From Octopus bimaculoides (lineage: Eukaryota): DNA of 64,000 nucleotides. The first letter of the stretch is position 1. Each line of letters opens with the position of its first letter. The translations under genes and the position numbers were made by a program. The stretch is from NCBI RefSeq assembly GCF_001194135.2, contig NC_068982.1, positions 128,358,502 to 128,422,501 of the forward strand, given 5' to 3'. Shown one piece after another: positions 1 to 12,219 of this stretch. The notes beneath the pieces were generated by a model, which saw only the letters and a program-made list of their open reading frames with translations, had not been told where the DNA came from and ran no database searches.

Positions 1-62
1 CTAGAACATAAACAAGTGGAATATTTAGGCCAGATGTGCCCAATTTAAATGCTAAAGGATAA
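1..62. mobile_element. Right end of a probable piggyBac-like MITE
   Basis: Ends ggccagatgtgcccaatttaaatgctaaaggataa, resembling an ...aaagggTTAA terminus; left end is outside the window. Confidence 0.4.
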
Positions 63-514
63 AAACAAGTAGAATGTGTGCCACCCTGGGCAGCCCTTGA
101 GTTTGCTGTCACTCACCAGGCTCCCAAGCCTAAACAGACTTGTACAGCAGAGCCAAAAAGTGCCATCCCCATAAAAGTGTCAACTGGTAACAACCATTTC
201 TCTCTCCCCAACTCCAGCTAGGGGTTACTGTAACTAGACCATGTTTTGAAATGAGAAAGCATTAATTAGTAGTTCATTAAGTTGGTAATTAATTTAATTA
301 ATAGTTAATCTAGTTAGTAATTAATCAAAATTTACTACATAGATATGTATTCAGTCATAAGCTGTTTTTCCTCTTCTGTTTTTCCTTATTTACAGCAGAC
401 ATCATTCTACATATTTATATAGATTTATATAAATATATTTCTTCATGTCTAACTGCAAGTATTAAGAATGAAATTTATGTGTTCTGATTATAAATATGTG
501 TTGTAAAAGGAGAG

Positions 515-715
515 AGTGTACTGACAGAATCATTTGAGCACTGGAACAAAAATGCTTTGAAGTATTTTTACATTCTGAGTTCAAACCCTACTAAAGGAAA
601 ACTTTGGTTCTCATTTTTTAAGGGTTGATAAGATAAAGTACTGGTCAACTACTGGATTTGTTGGTATTGAGAAATCCTCTACTTTTAAAACTGCCCTTGT
701 GCCTAAATTAGAAGC
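515..715 (+). mobile_element. Diverged SINE family A
   Basis: ctgacagaatc..ctgagttcaaa..cttgtgcctaaattagaa. Confidence 0.65.
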
Positions 716-1091
716 CTTTATAAAATAATATTGTTGTGTATTCTGTTCTGAAAAGCATTTGTGTAAACAGTAACACATGTATTGAATCCAATTTACAGTT
801 ATGTGACATTTGCAATGCCTATTTATAACTGACCCAATGGGATGTTCCTCTATGTAATTGTGCAGCCTATTAGAGATAACAACCAGAGCTCTCTCAAATC
901 ACACTTGATCATCTAAATAAATGGAAAAATAAACATTAGATAATGTGGTCATACCTACCTCAACCAAAATTAAACTAGATGCTCATGGCTTTCATTATAG
1001 GCCTGTTTGACCAATGCTGACTGGGAATTGAGCAACAACAAATATAATGACCATTAAGAATTTTTATTTTTAAAATGAGTTTTCTTTATTA

Positions 1092-1341
1092 GGTGCAGGA
1101 GTGGCTGTGTGATAAGTAGCTTGCTTACCAACCACATGGTTCCAGGTTCAGTCCCACTGCATGGCACCTTGGGCCAGTGTCTTCTACTATAGCCTCGGGC
1201 CGACCAAAGCCCTGTGAGTGGATTTGGTAAACAGAAACTGAAAGAAGCCTGTCGTATATATATATATATATAAAAGGCGGTGCTCCAGCATGGCTGCAGT
1301 CAAATGACTGAAACAAGTAAAAGAGTAAAAGAGTAAAAGAG
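1092..1341 (+). mobile_element. tRNA-derived SINE (family B, internally deleted)
   Basis: A-box-like tggctgtgtg, B-box-like ggttcagtccc and tail (taaaagag)n. Confidence 0.88.
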
Positions 1342-3145
1342 TATATATTTAACCTGATATTTTATCTTTATACCACATCACTTTATCTTGTAGTTTTGGC
1401 CCCAGGTTGGCCCTGATGGAGTAGAGCTATGGTCAAAGATGTTTCAGCAGTGACCATCCCATCTTTTATTTCAGACAATCAGTCTAGGACTACATTATCC
1501 AATGTAGCCTTCCTCTCTTTTTGTTTTATGACAGCATGGTTATATAGTATGGTGTAATGTGAAAGTTAGACAATAGGATGTGCTATTTCCAGCAGGTCAA
1601 GCCACTGGTAACTTTATATTTCTTTTTCTAATATTCCTATCAATCAAAATGATTCTTCCACCTAACTCACTCCATCTATCCATCTGTATTTTTTATGTTT
1701 GCTGCTATTGGTATGATATATAAAAAACAAATTTTAAAAAGCTGCCAACATATGATGGTTCATACCATGTATAATGGCTGATATAACAAAAGATATATGT
1801 CTAATGTACAAAAAAATAAATGAAATGATATCTATTCTGAAAGTGAATACTTAAAAGAATCTTTTTAGTAAAACAGATGAAGCAAACAAAATATAGACAG
1901 AATTACAGCAATAAAAACTTGTGTGATAAAACAGAGGATAAACGTTTTCCTAAATGGACAGTTGACTTTGAAAGTTTACTTAGTAAAAGACAATCAAATT
2001 AATGTTTAAATAATAAAGGAAAATAAATTTATGCAATCAGATATCTCAGAAACAAAATGCATTAAGTATACATTTTGCAAAATGAGAATAAATGTAAACA
2101 TTTTTTAAAGAAAAACAAAAAACTAATTTAGAAGAGAGAGAAAAGCATATCATAGTTATTAGGAATTAATAATTATTCTTTAATCTGTCAATGGCAACCT
2201 CACTGGTGCTGGTTCCATGATAAAATGCACCCAGCACACTCAGTAAGTGGTTGGCAAATGAACTGAGACAATATAAGAATGAAAGGACCCTTAGTATTGA
2301 TTAGGACATGTCAGTCTCTAGTACTGGTACTAAAATAAAATGCATCCTATATACTCTGAAAAGTGGTTGATGCATGAGTTGAAAGACCATACAGAAGAGA
2401 GGAAGCCTTAGTTTTTATGAAGGACATGAAAAGCTCACTAGTGTAGATGCCACAATAAAATGCATCACATCTTAACTAAAAATAAAAAATAAAGACCAGG
2501 TACATGAAACAAAACTAAATGGAGAAATTATTATCAAAGTGATGAATACATAGGCCATACTAGTACAAAAGATATTCTGCTCTTTTCTACAATGGACAAA
2601 GACAAAGCTACAGGAATTAGCTAGAACTTGTGGTGACATCATTTTGAGGGTCTCCAGCATGCATGCGCAGGGTTGGAATTTTCTGGAAGGCCTGCTGAAA
2701 GGTCCCTGATGCGCATGCGCAGAACACTAGCAGCAGCAGAGTTCTCTTGTATCTCAAACTCGAGACGCAGCAGCTGATCAATGTAGACGTGTCCTCAGCA
2801 GCTCTCTGTTTGCTTCTGCTGCTGACCTGAGATACTTGGTATTTGACCAGCTCCGTGTAGCTGGAGTTCTGTGAAGAATGCCTTCACAAATTAAGATTAA
2901 CACTGACTTTGCTGCTTCCACACCAGACCTGGCTACTGATTGTCCCAAGGTGTAAATCTTGTACATACAAAACTAAAAGGATTGTTTTTGTTTGGATGTT
3001 TTCTTGTTCCGATATTTTTCCTTCTAACATTTATGTAAGGAAATGTGTGGCATCGTTCCAGTGCCAACTATTTTCCTCTTACAAACTAAAAGACTGCTCA
3101 CAGTGCAAAATGCATACCACCCTAAAAGTAATCCTTTCTACTAAA

Positions 3146-3343
3146 AGCACAAGGCCTGAAAATTCTGGGCAAGGGACTAGTTGATTTTATTTACCCCAGT
3201 GTTTCATTCGTACTTAATTTATTGACCCTGAAAGGATGAAAGACAAGGTTGACCTCAGTGGAATTTGAACTCAGAATGGAGCAACAGGCAAAATACTGCT
3301 AAGCATTTTGTACAGCATACAAATGATGTGCCAGCTCACTGCG
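3146..3343 (-). mobile_element. SINE family A
   Basis: Reverse complement of the family A consensus, ending gccagctcactgc. Confidence 0.8.
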
Positions 3344-3599
3344 TTACACCACCCTAAAAATGATATCAATAGCCTTTACTATTAAGAAAGAAAGTGGGGA
3401 GAATCTTGTTAAATGCAGAAGAGACTATTAGTACTGCACTTTTGTGTTTACAAAACTATGTAGCATAGCGAAAAATGAATACTATCTGAGGTTAGAAATA
3501 TACAAGTTACTGAAACAGACAGAGAATTCAAGAACACAAGAAAGGACAACAGGGCAAATAGCTAGAAAGAGAAGAAATCTTATGGTCAGTTCATACAAC

Positions 3600-4290
3600 A
3601 AACCAAAAGTATTGTAAGTATAGAATAATGGTTTTGGCTGGCAGCTGGAAAACTGAAATAAGAAACTGGAATATTATTTATAGCTGCTCAGAAACAAGCC
3701 ATTAGAATGAATTTTATGAATACAAACACTGATAAAAAAAACTCAGTGAACAATGGAGAGTCTGTAAAAACAGAAATATAGCCCAGAAAGAGTAATATAG
3801 ACACAAGCAAGACTGTACTGGCAAAAGAGTGAGTTGGAATGTTAGCCAATAGTGTGGATTCGAAGAGACAGAAAAATAACATAAACAAACAAGCCAGAAG
3901 ATGGTGAATAATAATTACAGGATTTTATGGGATTTCTCCATAGAGACTGATCACACAATTGAAGCAAGGAAACCAGACATAATTGGAGAGGACATAAACA
4001 AACCAGTATAAGATCATAAACTTTACAATATCATATGATAATAAAGTAGATATCAAAGAAATTGAGGAAACTGAGAAATATCAGAACCTAGCCAGTGTGA
4101 TGAAGAGGCAATGGAAAACAAAGGTGATAATTATTCATATGGGAATTGGTGCATTCAGCACAACAACCAAACTGTTACCTAATAAGCTGAAGGATACTGG
4201 AAATGAGACTTGCATTGTTGTGTGCAGAAAAGTGCTATTGTATATTCTGCAAGAATCCTAAAAAAAAGATTCTTGAGATTTGAGGAAACA
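3600..4290 (+). mobile_element. R4/Dong-type LINE 3' relic (REL domain)
   Basis: ETGILFIAAQKQAIRMNF, ILWDFSIETDHTIEARKPDII, EKYQNLA..KRQWKTKV..GIGAF and QKSAIVYSARILKK; followed by (TAA)n. Confidence 0.82.
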
Positions 4291-4353
4291 TATTGTCATC
4301 AAACCTCAAGACAATATCCCTGCTAACTAAAGTAACATGTAATATCTTTATCC

Positions 4354-4419
<66 letters not shown>

Positions 4420-4452
4420 TGATGATAATAATAATAATAATAATGATAATCA
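4354..4452. repeat. (TAA)n microsatellite between two Dong-type relics
   Basis: Direct reading. Confidence 0.97.
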
Positions 4453-4459
4453 TGATGGC

Positions 4460-4985
4460 CCCAGAAAATAACAAAGCAACATGCTCTGGGATGTGCCAAT
4501 ACACACAGCTAGAGAAATCAAGGCTAACTAGCCAGATATTGTTGTCAAGGACCACTAAGTAAAAGATACCTTTTGTTCAACATATCAGTCTCAATAGGTG
4601 ACAATATATCTCTAAAACAAATGGGAAACTCTTGAAACTCCCAAATGTGGAGCTTAAATATGGAAGCAATAATAAAAAGTGCTTAAGTTATGTTCAAAAA
4701 ACTTACAAATTCAGAATTAAAAACACCAGGACTAATAAATATATATTCAAAATGCTGAAAATAGCACTGCTAGGCATTGCACACATCATATGTAGAGTAC
4801 TTGACTGCATTCCATTATGAATTGGATATTATCTTCCCCATTAAGTTTATATCATGGTTTTGTAACTAACAAGATTGTTTGTTACAGAACTTGATTATCT
4901 TTACAAAGGTGAAACCAGTGGAAAAGATGAAGAGGATTTTATGTTGGATGTATGCACATTAAAAAGTTTTTCATCACAAGGGATT
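4460..4985 (+). mobile_element. Second R4/Dong-type LINE 3' end (REL domain plus 3' UTR)
   Basis: LWDVPIHTAREIKAN*PDIVV and KIALLGIAHIICRVL; begins right after the (TAA)n tract. Confidence 0.75.
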
Positions 4986-5199
4986 TAGCATTTACTACTT
5001 TATTTTTGATATAATTTGATTTATGTGGAATTTCTTGACTGTTTTCATTATGTCATCACCATCATCTTCATCATCATCATTTAATGTCTGTTGGTATATT
5101 GGCATGGTTAGATGGTTTTATAAGAACTGGCAGGCCAGAGGACTGTACCAAACATCGCTAACTTCTTTGTCATGGTTTTTATTACTGGATGCCCTGCTT

Positions 5200-6240
5200 T
5201 GTATTGCGGGCTTTATGCCAGGTGATGAGAGGCTAATGCATGATAGGTGGACAGGAACAGGTGTCTTGTTAGAAAAAGATATACAGTTACTTCAGTTGGG
5301 AAAAGAAAAAAAGAAAATGGTGGTGAAGAAGTGTCAATATGCACCCTCAAGTTACAGGAAGGTGAACATAAGAGATGTGGAATGGGTGGGTAAATTCATG
5401 GGAGTATGAATGAGATTGGTGGATGGATAGAGATAGGAATAGAGGGAAATGTAGTGTTTGGTAAATATTGTTGTGGCATGGTCAATTGTGAAAATCAATT
5501 GAAGGAGAAGGTTTGGAAAGTAGGTGAGGGCCAGGGAGGAAATAAGGTGGTGGCAAAGATGATGTGAAGTGTATGGGAGTTGATTGCATTATGAATTTAA
5601 TATTATTTTCTCTATTAAGTTTATATCATGGTTCTGTAACTAACAATGTAGTTAGTTACAGAACCTGGTTATCTTTACAAAGGTGAAACCACTGGGAAAG
5701 GTGAGGATTTTATGTTGGATGTTGCCAGTACCGCCTGACTGGCCTTCATGCACGTAAAAGCACCCACTACACTCTCGGAGTGGTTGGCATTAGGAAGGGC
5801 ATCCAGCTGTAGAAACTCTGCCAAATCAGATTGGAGCCTGGTGTAGCCATCTGGTTCACCAGTCCTCAGTCAAATAGTCCAACACATGCTAGCATAGAAA
5901 GCAGATGTTAAACAATAATGATGATGATGATGATGTATGCACATTAAAAAGTTTTTCAAAACAAGGGATGAAGTCAGAGGTACATAAGGGTGAAAATTGT
6001 GGGAGATAAATTGAGGTAGAGGATGTCTTGAGGAGAAAGGAGAGGTGGTTCCAGTGTGGTTCCGGGATGTGTGAGTGTTAGAGGGATGAAATATGTATAG
6101 TTCCCCTGTCATAGTTATTTTAGATGAATGAATACTGCCTTAGTTGTAAGAATCAAGGAGGGGAGGGTGTTAGGAAGATGAGTGGTAGGAGGAGGTATAT
6201 TTATCAGGAACTGCCGTAGATGCAGGACATAGACACAACC
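5200..6240 (-). mobile_element. Possible Penelope-like RT relic
   Basis: Pyrimidine-rich minus-strand text with weak resemblance to Penelope RT (HLRQFL, P..TP..Y, H..Y.H..S.HP-like segments); interrupted by other repeats. Confidence 0.3.
5722..5935 (+). mobile_element. 5'-truncated (GAT)n-tailed retroposon
   Basis: Shared 3' body; splits a duplicated segment exactly between ttggatgt and atgcacatt. Confidence 0.9.
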
Positions 6241-6939
6241 AATATGTTTTTAAGGCCTTACTTTTGTTTAGATGAGCCTTTTTCAAGCACAACAAATTGC
6301 CAATCATCTTAGAGATTTAGTAATCTTTTGTAATCTCCTCTGTAAAGCAGACACTCTCATACATGCATGCACACACACACACACATGCATGCACACACAC
6401 ACACATACACATGCATGCACATGCACGCACACACTCAAACACATGCACACAACACATCTATACATATAAGCAGACATAAAAAAATTACCCAAATAACACA
6501 TGTAGGATTATGAGGGAAGGCAGAAACAAAGGAAAATATATAGAGTCAGACAAGCAAATGCATATAACTGAAAAAGTGTAGAAATACTAAATGAAATACA
6601 ACAATCAAAGAAGTGTAGAAATGAAGATAAATACACCAATGGAAGAAACAAAAGAGAATCTTAGATTTTTATGTGATACACTTTATCAAAGAGAATAAAA
6701 AGATATTAAGAGAGGTAAGGGAAAAAGAAAAATATGATATTCAAATCTAAGACATCTGTTTACATGGCAGCTCTAGGGTAGAAAGAAAGGTGAGAAGTAG
6801 GATAGAAGAGCCAGAAGTGGGAACATAATCTGGGTCACAGTTAGGGTAAGTGTGAAGGCAGGAATGATAAAAGAAAGTGAAAAAGAGGAGATGAAAGGAA
6901 CAGAAAAAGTAGAGAGGGAGAAGTAACAAGGGTGAGAAA

Positions 6940-7174
6940 TATATGTATGTGTGTGTATTTATTTATGTATGTGTGTATATATATATATGTGTGTGTGTGT
7001 ATATATATATGTATATATATATATATGTATATATATATATGTATATATATGTATATACATATATGTATGTATGTATGTAAGTATATTTCTATTTTATACC
7101 ATATGTATATCGATATCTATATCAATCAATCAATCAATCAATCAATCAGTCTATCTATCTCTCCCTCTCTCTCT

Positions 7175-7211
<37 letters not shown>
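6940..7211. repeat. Compound (TA/TG/TCAA/TC)n microsatellite at a gap edge
   Basis: Direct reading. Confidence 0.95.
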
Positions 7212-8192
7212 NNNNNNNNNNNNNNNNNNNNNNNNNNNNNNNNNNNNNNNNNNNNNNNNNNNNNNNNNNNNNNNNNNNNNNNNNNNNNNNNNNNNNNNNN
7301 NNNNNNNNNNNNNNNNNNNNNNNNNNNNNNNNNNNNNNNNNNNNNNNNNNNNNNNNNNNNNNNNNNNNNNNNNNNNNNNNNNNNNNNNNNNNNNNNNNNN
7401 NNNNNNNNNNNNNNNNNNNNNNNNNNNNNNNNNNNNNNNNNNNNNNNNNNNNNNNNNNNNNNNNNNNNNNNNNNNNNNNNNNNNNNNNNNNNNNNNNNNN
7501 NNNNNNNNNNNNNNNNNNNNNNNNNNNNNNNNNNNNNNNNNNNNNNNNNNNNNNNNNNNNNNNNNNNNNNNNNNNNNNNNNNNNNNNNNNNNNNNNNNNN
7601 NNNNNNNNNNNNNNNNNNNNNNNNNNNNNNNNNNNNNNNNNNNNNNNNNNNNNNNNNNNNNNNNNNNNNNNNNNNNNNNNNNNNNNNNNNNNNNNNNNNN
7701 NNNNNNNNNNNNNNNNNNNNNNNNNNNNNNNNNNNNNNNNNNNNNNNNNNNNNNNNNNNNNNNNNNNNNNNNNNNNNNNNNNNNNNNNNNNNNNNNNNNN
7801 NNNNNNNNNNNNNNNNNNNNNNNNNNNNNNNNNNNNNNNNNNNNNNNNNNNNNNNNNNNNNNNNNNNNNNNNNNNNNNNNNNNNNNNNNNNNNNNNNNNN
7901 NNNNNNNNNNNNNNNNNNNNNNNNNNNNNNNNNNNNNNNNNNNNNNNNNNNNNNNNNNNNNNNNNNNNNNNNNNNNNNNNNNNNNNNNNNNNNNNNNNNN
8001 NNNNNNNNNNNNNNNNNNNNNNNNNNNNNNNNNNNNNNNNNNNNNNNNNNNNNNNNNNNNNNNNNNNNNNNNNNNNNNNNNNNNNNNNNNNNNNNNNNNN
8101 NNNNNNNNNNNNNNNNNNNNNNNNNNNNNNNNNNNNNNNNNNNNNNNNNNNNNNNNNNNNNNNNNNNNNNNNNNNNNNNNNNNNNNNNNNNN
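7212..8192. other. Assembly gap (N-run)
   Basis: N-run. Other gaps: 10153-10231, 11582-11890, 14640-14707, 15528-16221, 50478-50490, 56126-56368 and 57192-57409. Confidence 1.
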
Positions 8193-8515
8193 TTCAAATA
8201 AATAATTGTATTTTTGTTTACTTTATATAATGCTTACTTCTTTTTAGTTTTATAAGAAAATGTTTGCAACAATGCTAGCTTAATAAATGAACTAAATATT
8301 TTTAAGGATGGTGTCGAGAAAAAAAATATATTATTCTATAATGATAACTTTATCTATGATATTAACCTGTTTCAAAGCATTTACTTATTCATTTTCGTAA
8401 TTCACAAAAGCCAAGTTACTTTAGTATTCTTCATTGTTGCTAGTTTCATTTTTAATTATATTGCTTCATTCTAACACACATGTGTGTTTGTGTGTCTATA
8501 TGTATGTATGTATGT

Positions 8516-8557
<42 letters not shown>

Positions 8558-9906
8558 GTATGTATCAGTGTGTGTGTTTGTGTGTAAATGCTTGTTGTTA
8601 TGTGAAGTTATATGTAAAAACAATTTAGTATTAAACTGAAGGATTAATCAATACATTTCAGTAGAGTACATGTTTACTAAACTTTTAGAAGGAAAAGGTG
8701 ACATTAGAGTTCCAGCTTGCTTACCTTCCTCAGGTTATATATAAGTATGTGAGTGTGTATATGTATTGTCATTACCATCATTGCTTTAATACCCATTTTT
8801 CCATACTTGCATGCACCTATATTGGTAATATTTCTGATGTACAAAAGGAGACTGTCATAGTCAGAAGAATTACTCAATCAAATTTAACTAAGGCCTAAAC
8901 AAGAAGCATAAATTTTGCAGCCCCTGTGATATCCTTTATTTCAATGATTCTCAGCTTCTCTGTCTTTCTCTAATCTTTGGTATGATGTATTTGGCCATTT
9001 AATTCTTTAATATCACACTAAAATATATCCTGAATAACATCTATATATAAAAAAAACATTATTTTCCAAATACTACCTTTAAGATAGCATGTTAGCACTA
9101 TTTAAAATTGAATAAACAATATTCTGGTATCTGTATGCATACAAAATACTCAGTGAGGTAGAAATGAAAAATAACTGATAGCTCAGTCATGGAAAGTTGT
9201 TGCGAAATAGGCAAATACAAAGTATTCTGCTAAATTTTAAACCCATCATGCATTTATTGATAGAATTGTAAAAGTGCACAAATACAGAAGGAATGGCAAC
9301 ACTATAGAGAAATTTGATTCTAAAACCATTTATATAAAAATGAAATGGTATACGAAAGATATACTGAGTGAACTTTCTTAATGCATTCATATAAAATAAT
9401 TTACCAACCAAAATGGACACAAGAATGTTGCTTAAATGGATTAATCTTACTTAAATCTTTTAAATTTTTCTTTGTCAACATTCTAAAGAACTGAGAATGA
9501 AACTTAAGAAAGAGAATATCTGAAGGTGCTTATTATGTGCAAAAAACCCCCCCAAAAATGTATCATACTAGTATCATAAATAACATAATATTTAATTATA
9601 GTATAGGTATTTCATGTTGATTTCAGTCCATTGTACTTTCTAATTTGGATTATTTCATTTTATCCTTGTCAATTAATAAAAAAATATTAATAATAATTAT
9701 TACTAAAATATTATAATTATAAGTTGTAATCGAATAAAGTGTGATTGAATTAAATAATTTATAGTTATGTTTTGCTATTACTCTGAATAGAAATTCTCTA
9801 TTACACAGAACTTTGATACTTTTATTTATTTATTTATTTATTTATTTCCTCTCAGCTCAATCTACATATCATTCCATTGTCTTTAAAAAGTATTCTTCTT
9901 TATTGT

Positions 9907-9971
9907 ATGCACACACACACTCACACACACACACACACACACATACACACACACACACACATACACACACA

Positions 9972-10011
<40 letters not shown>
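9907..10011. repeat. (CA)n microsatellite
   Basis: Direct reading. Confidence 0.95.
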
Positions 10012-10014
<3 letters not shown>

Positions 10015-10577
10015 TTTATATTCTTTTGTCGATACTGCAGTGATTTGTCATCTGCCACACAATATGATGGGAATTACTATTCTCTGGTAGTATGTAGACA
10101 CACACACATGCATATACATACATATATGTGTGCATGTTTATATGTATATATANNNNNNNNNNNNNNNNNNNNNNNNNNNNNNNNNNNNNNNNNNNNNNNN
10201 NNNNNNNNNNNNNNNNNNNNNNNNNNNNNNNATAATCACACATACAAACTAGATAGTAAGTGATTAACCCTTCATTGGTGAATGGATAATTTCTTTAAAC
10301 TGTCGACTACTGGTAATATGATTACAATGGTTTCATGCAAATGTATTTGCAATTATCCAATTGAAATTTAAATAATACTGGCAGCTCATCCATAGTGTCA
10401 GATTGAGTACAAATGACATTTCAAATGAGATTTCATCTGATAAGAAACATTACAAAACCAAAAGCATTAATTAAGAGGGTAAAGGTTAACAATCATTGAA
10501 GAACTATAGTATTGGTTGTTTTCCTTATATTGTGCACCAGTTTTTTACAAAATGCATTTATTCATTCATATATATAC

Positions 10578-10762
10578 ATGGCACGTAAAGGCACCCACTA
10601 CACTCTCGTAGTGATTGGCATTAGGAAGAGCATCCAGCTGTAGAAACTCTGCCAGATCAGATTGGAGCCTGGTGCAGCCATCCAGTTCACCAGTCCTCAG
10701 ACAAATCATCCAACCCATGCTAGCATGGAAAGTGGGCATTAAACGATGATGATGATGATGAT
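10578..10762 (+). mobile_element. 5'-truncated (GAT)n-tailed retroposon
   Basis: Shared 3' body plus (GAT)n. Confidence 0.9.
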
Positions 10763-11362
10763 ATATATATGATGACGATACATATATATATGCATACACA
10801 CACACACTGCACATACAACACACACACTGCACATACAACACACACATTGCACATACAACACACACACTGCACATACAACACACACACTGCACATACAACA
10901 CACACACACACACACACACACATACACACATTGAGGTGCTGAAAAGTAAACCGCTTCTGGAAATAAAACCATTCTTATAAAATTCAGAAACTAGTGACCT
11001 AGAGGAAACCCAAACATTCAACTAATTAAATTGCAATACATAATGAAATAAAGAAATTATACTAAGATTGACAATAAATCCTCACTTATATGATATTATA
11101 TCTGTATTCAACATAGCTCTGAGAATCCTGAACATTGTCATGTCAGTACCCCAGGATACACAACGTTTTTGGTTTTACCAACAGGTACATAAATAAGCAG
11201 ATTATGGGAGTTCGCAACTGTTGAGTATCCAAGATTAAACTAGCTATTAACAAAGTTGGATTCCTCAAGAATTAGTTCAACAACTGTTAATGTTGCCTTT
11301 TGGATTTATTGCTTGACACAAAGCTTAGATGTTCAGGAACCCCAAATTTTCTAATTCAAAAG

Positions 11363-12219
11363 GGCACACATGAGGCTTTTTCGAGCGAGATTGTTGCCGG
11401 TGCCCCTGGACTGGCTCATGTGCGGGCGACGCCCCTGGGCCGGCTCTTGTGCAGGTGACACATGAGGTTTTTCGAGCAGGATCGTTGCCGGTGCCCCTGG
11501 ACTGGCTCATGTGCGGGCAACACATGAAATCCTTCGAGCGAGATCGTTGCCAGTGACCCTGGACTGGCTCTTGTGCAGGTGNNNNNNNNNNNNNNNNNNN
11601 NNNNNNNNNNNNNNNNNNNNNNNNNNNNNNNNNNNNNNNNNNNNNNNNNNNNNNNNNNNNNNNNNNNNNNNNNNNNNNNNNNNNNNNNNNNNNNNNNNNN
11701 NNNNNNNNNNNNNNNNNNNNNNNNNNNNNNNNNNNNNNNNNNNNNNNNNNNNNNNNNNNNNNNNNNNNNNNNNNNNNNNNNNNNNNNNNNNNNNNNNNNN
11801 NNNNNNNNNNNNNNNNNNNNNNNNNNNNNNNNNNNNNNNNNNNNNNNNNNNNNNNNNNNNNNNNNNNNNNNNNNNNNNNNNNNNNNNNNNGTTGCCGGTG
11901 CCCCTGGACTGGCTCATGTGCGGGCAACACATGAAATCCTTCGAGCGAGATCGTTGCCAGTGCCCCTGGACTGGCTCTTGTGTGGGTGGCACATAAAAGA
12001 CACCATTTCGAGCGTGGCCGTTTTCGTGCGGGTGACACGTAAAAGCACCCACTACACTCTCTGAGTGGTTGGCGTTAGGAAGGGCATCCAGCTGTAGAAA
12101 CTCTGCCAAATTAGATTGGAGCCTGGTGTTGCCATCCGGTTTCACCAGTCCTCAATCAAATCGTCCAACCCATGCTAGCATGGAAGGCGGACGTTAAACG
12201 ATGATGATGATGATGATGA
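11363..12219 (+). mobile_element. (GAT)n-tailed retroposon with an expanded internal tandem array of about 61 bp
   Basis: Units cgagcgagatcgttgccggtgcccctggactggctcatgtgcgggcaacacatgaaatcctt lie on both sides of a gap, then the shared 3' body (aaagcacccactacactctc...catgctagcatggaa.gcggacgttaaac) and (GAT)n. Confidence 0.9.

Noticed and set aside
1092-1170. tRNA-like A/B boxes in SINE heads
   Set aside because: They lack a complete cloverleaf and continue into SINE bodies, so they are not tRNA genes.
2629-3029. Possible solo LTR (TG..CA)
   Set aside because: No matching TSD or clear terminal inverted motif; left as an unexplained GC island.
4235-4562. Poly-Ile ORFs
   Set aside because: Translation of (TAA)n.
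6932-8230. Long ORFs in the track (also 11325-12145, 15395-16342, 56000-56511, 57141-57488)
   Set aside because: They consist of microsatellite translations and N-gap X runs, not coding sequence.
10268-10485. Possible TTAA-flanked MITE
   Set aside because: TIR similarity is limited to about 5 bp; not supportable.
11363-11990. Regular repeats of about 61 bp superficially like a CRISPR array
   Set aside because: Head-to-tail units without unique spacers, inside a eukaryotic retroposon, and no cas genes.
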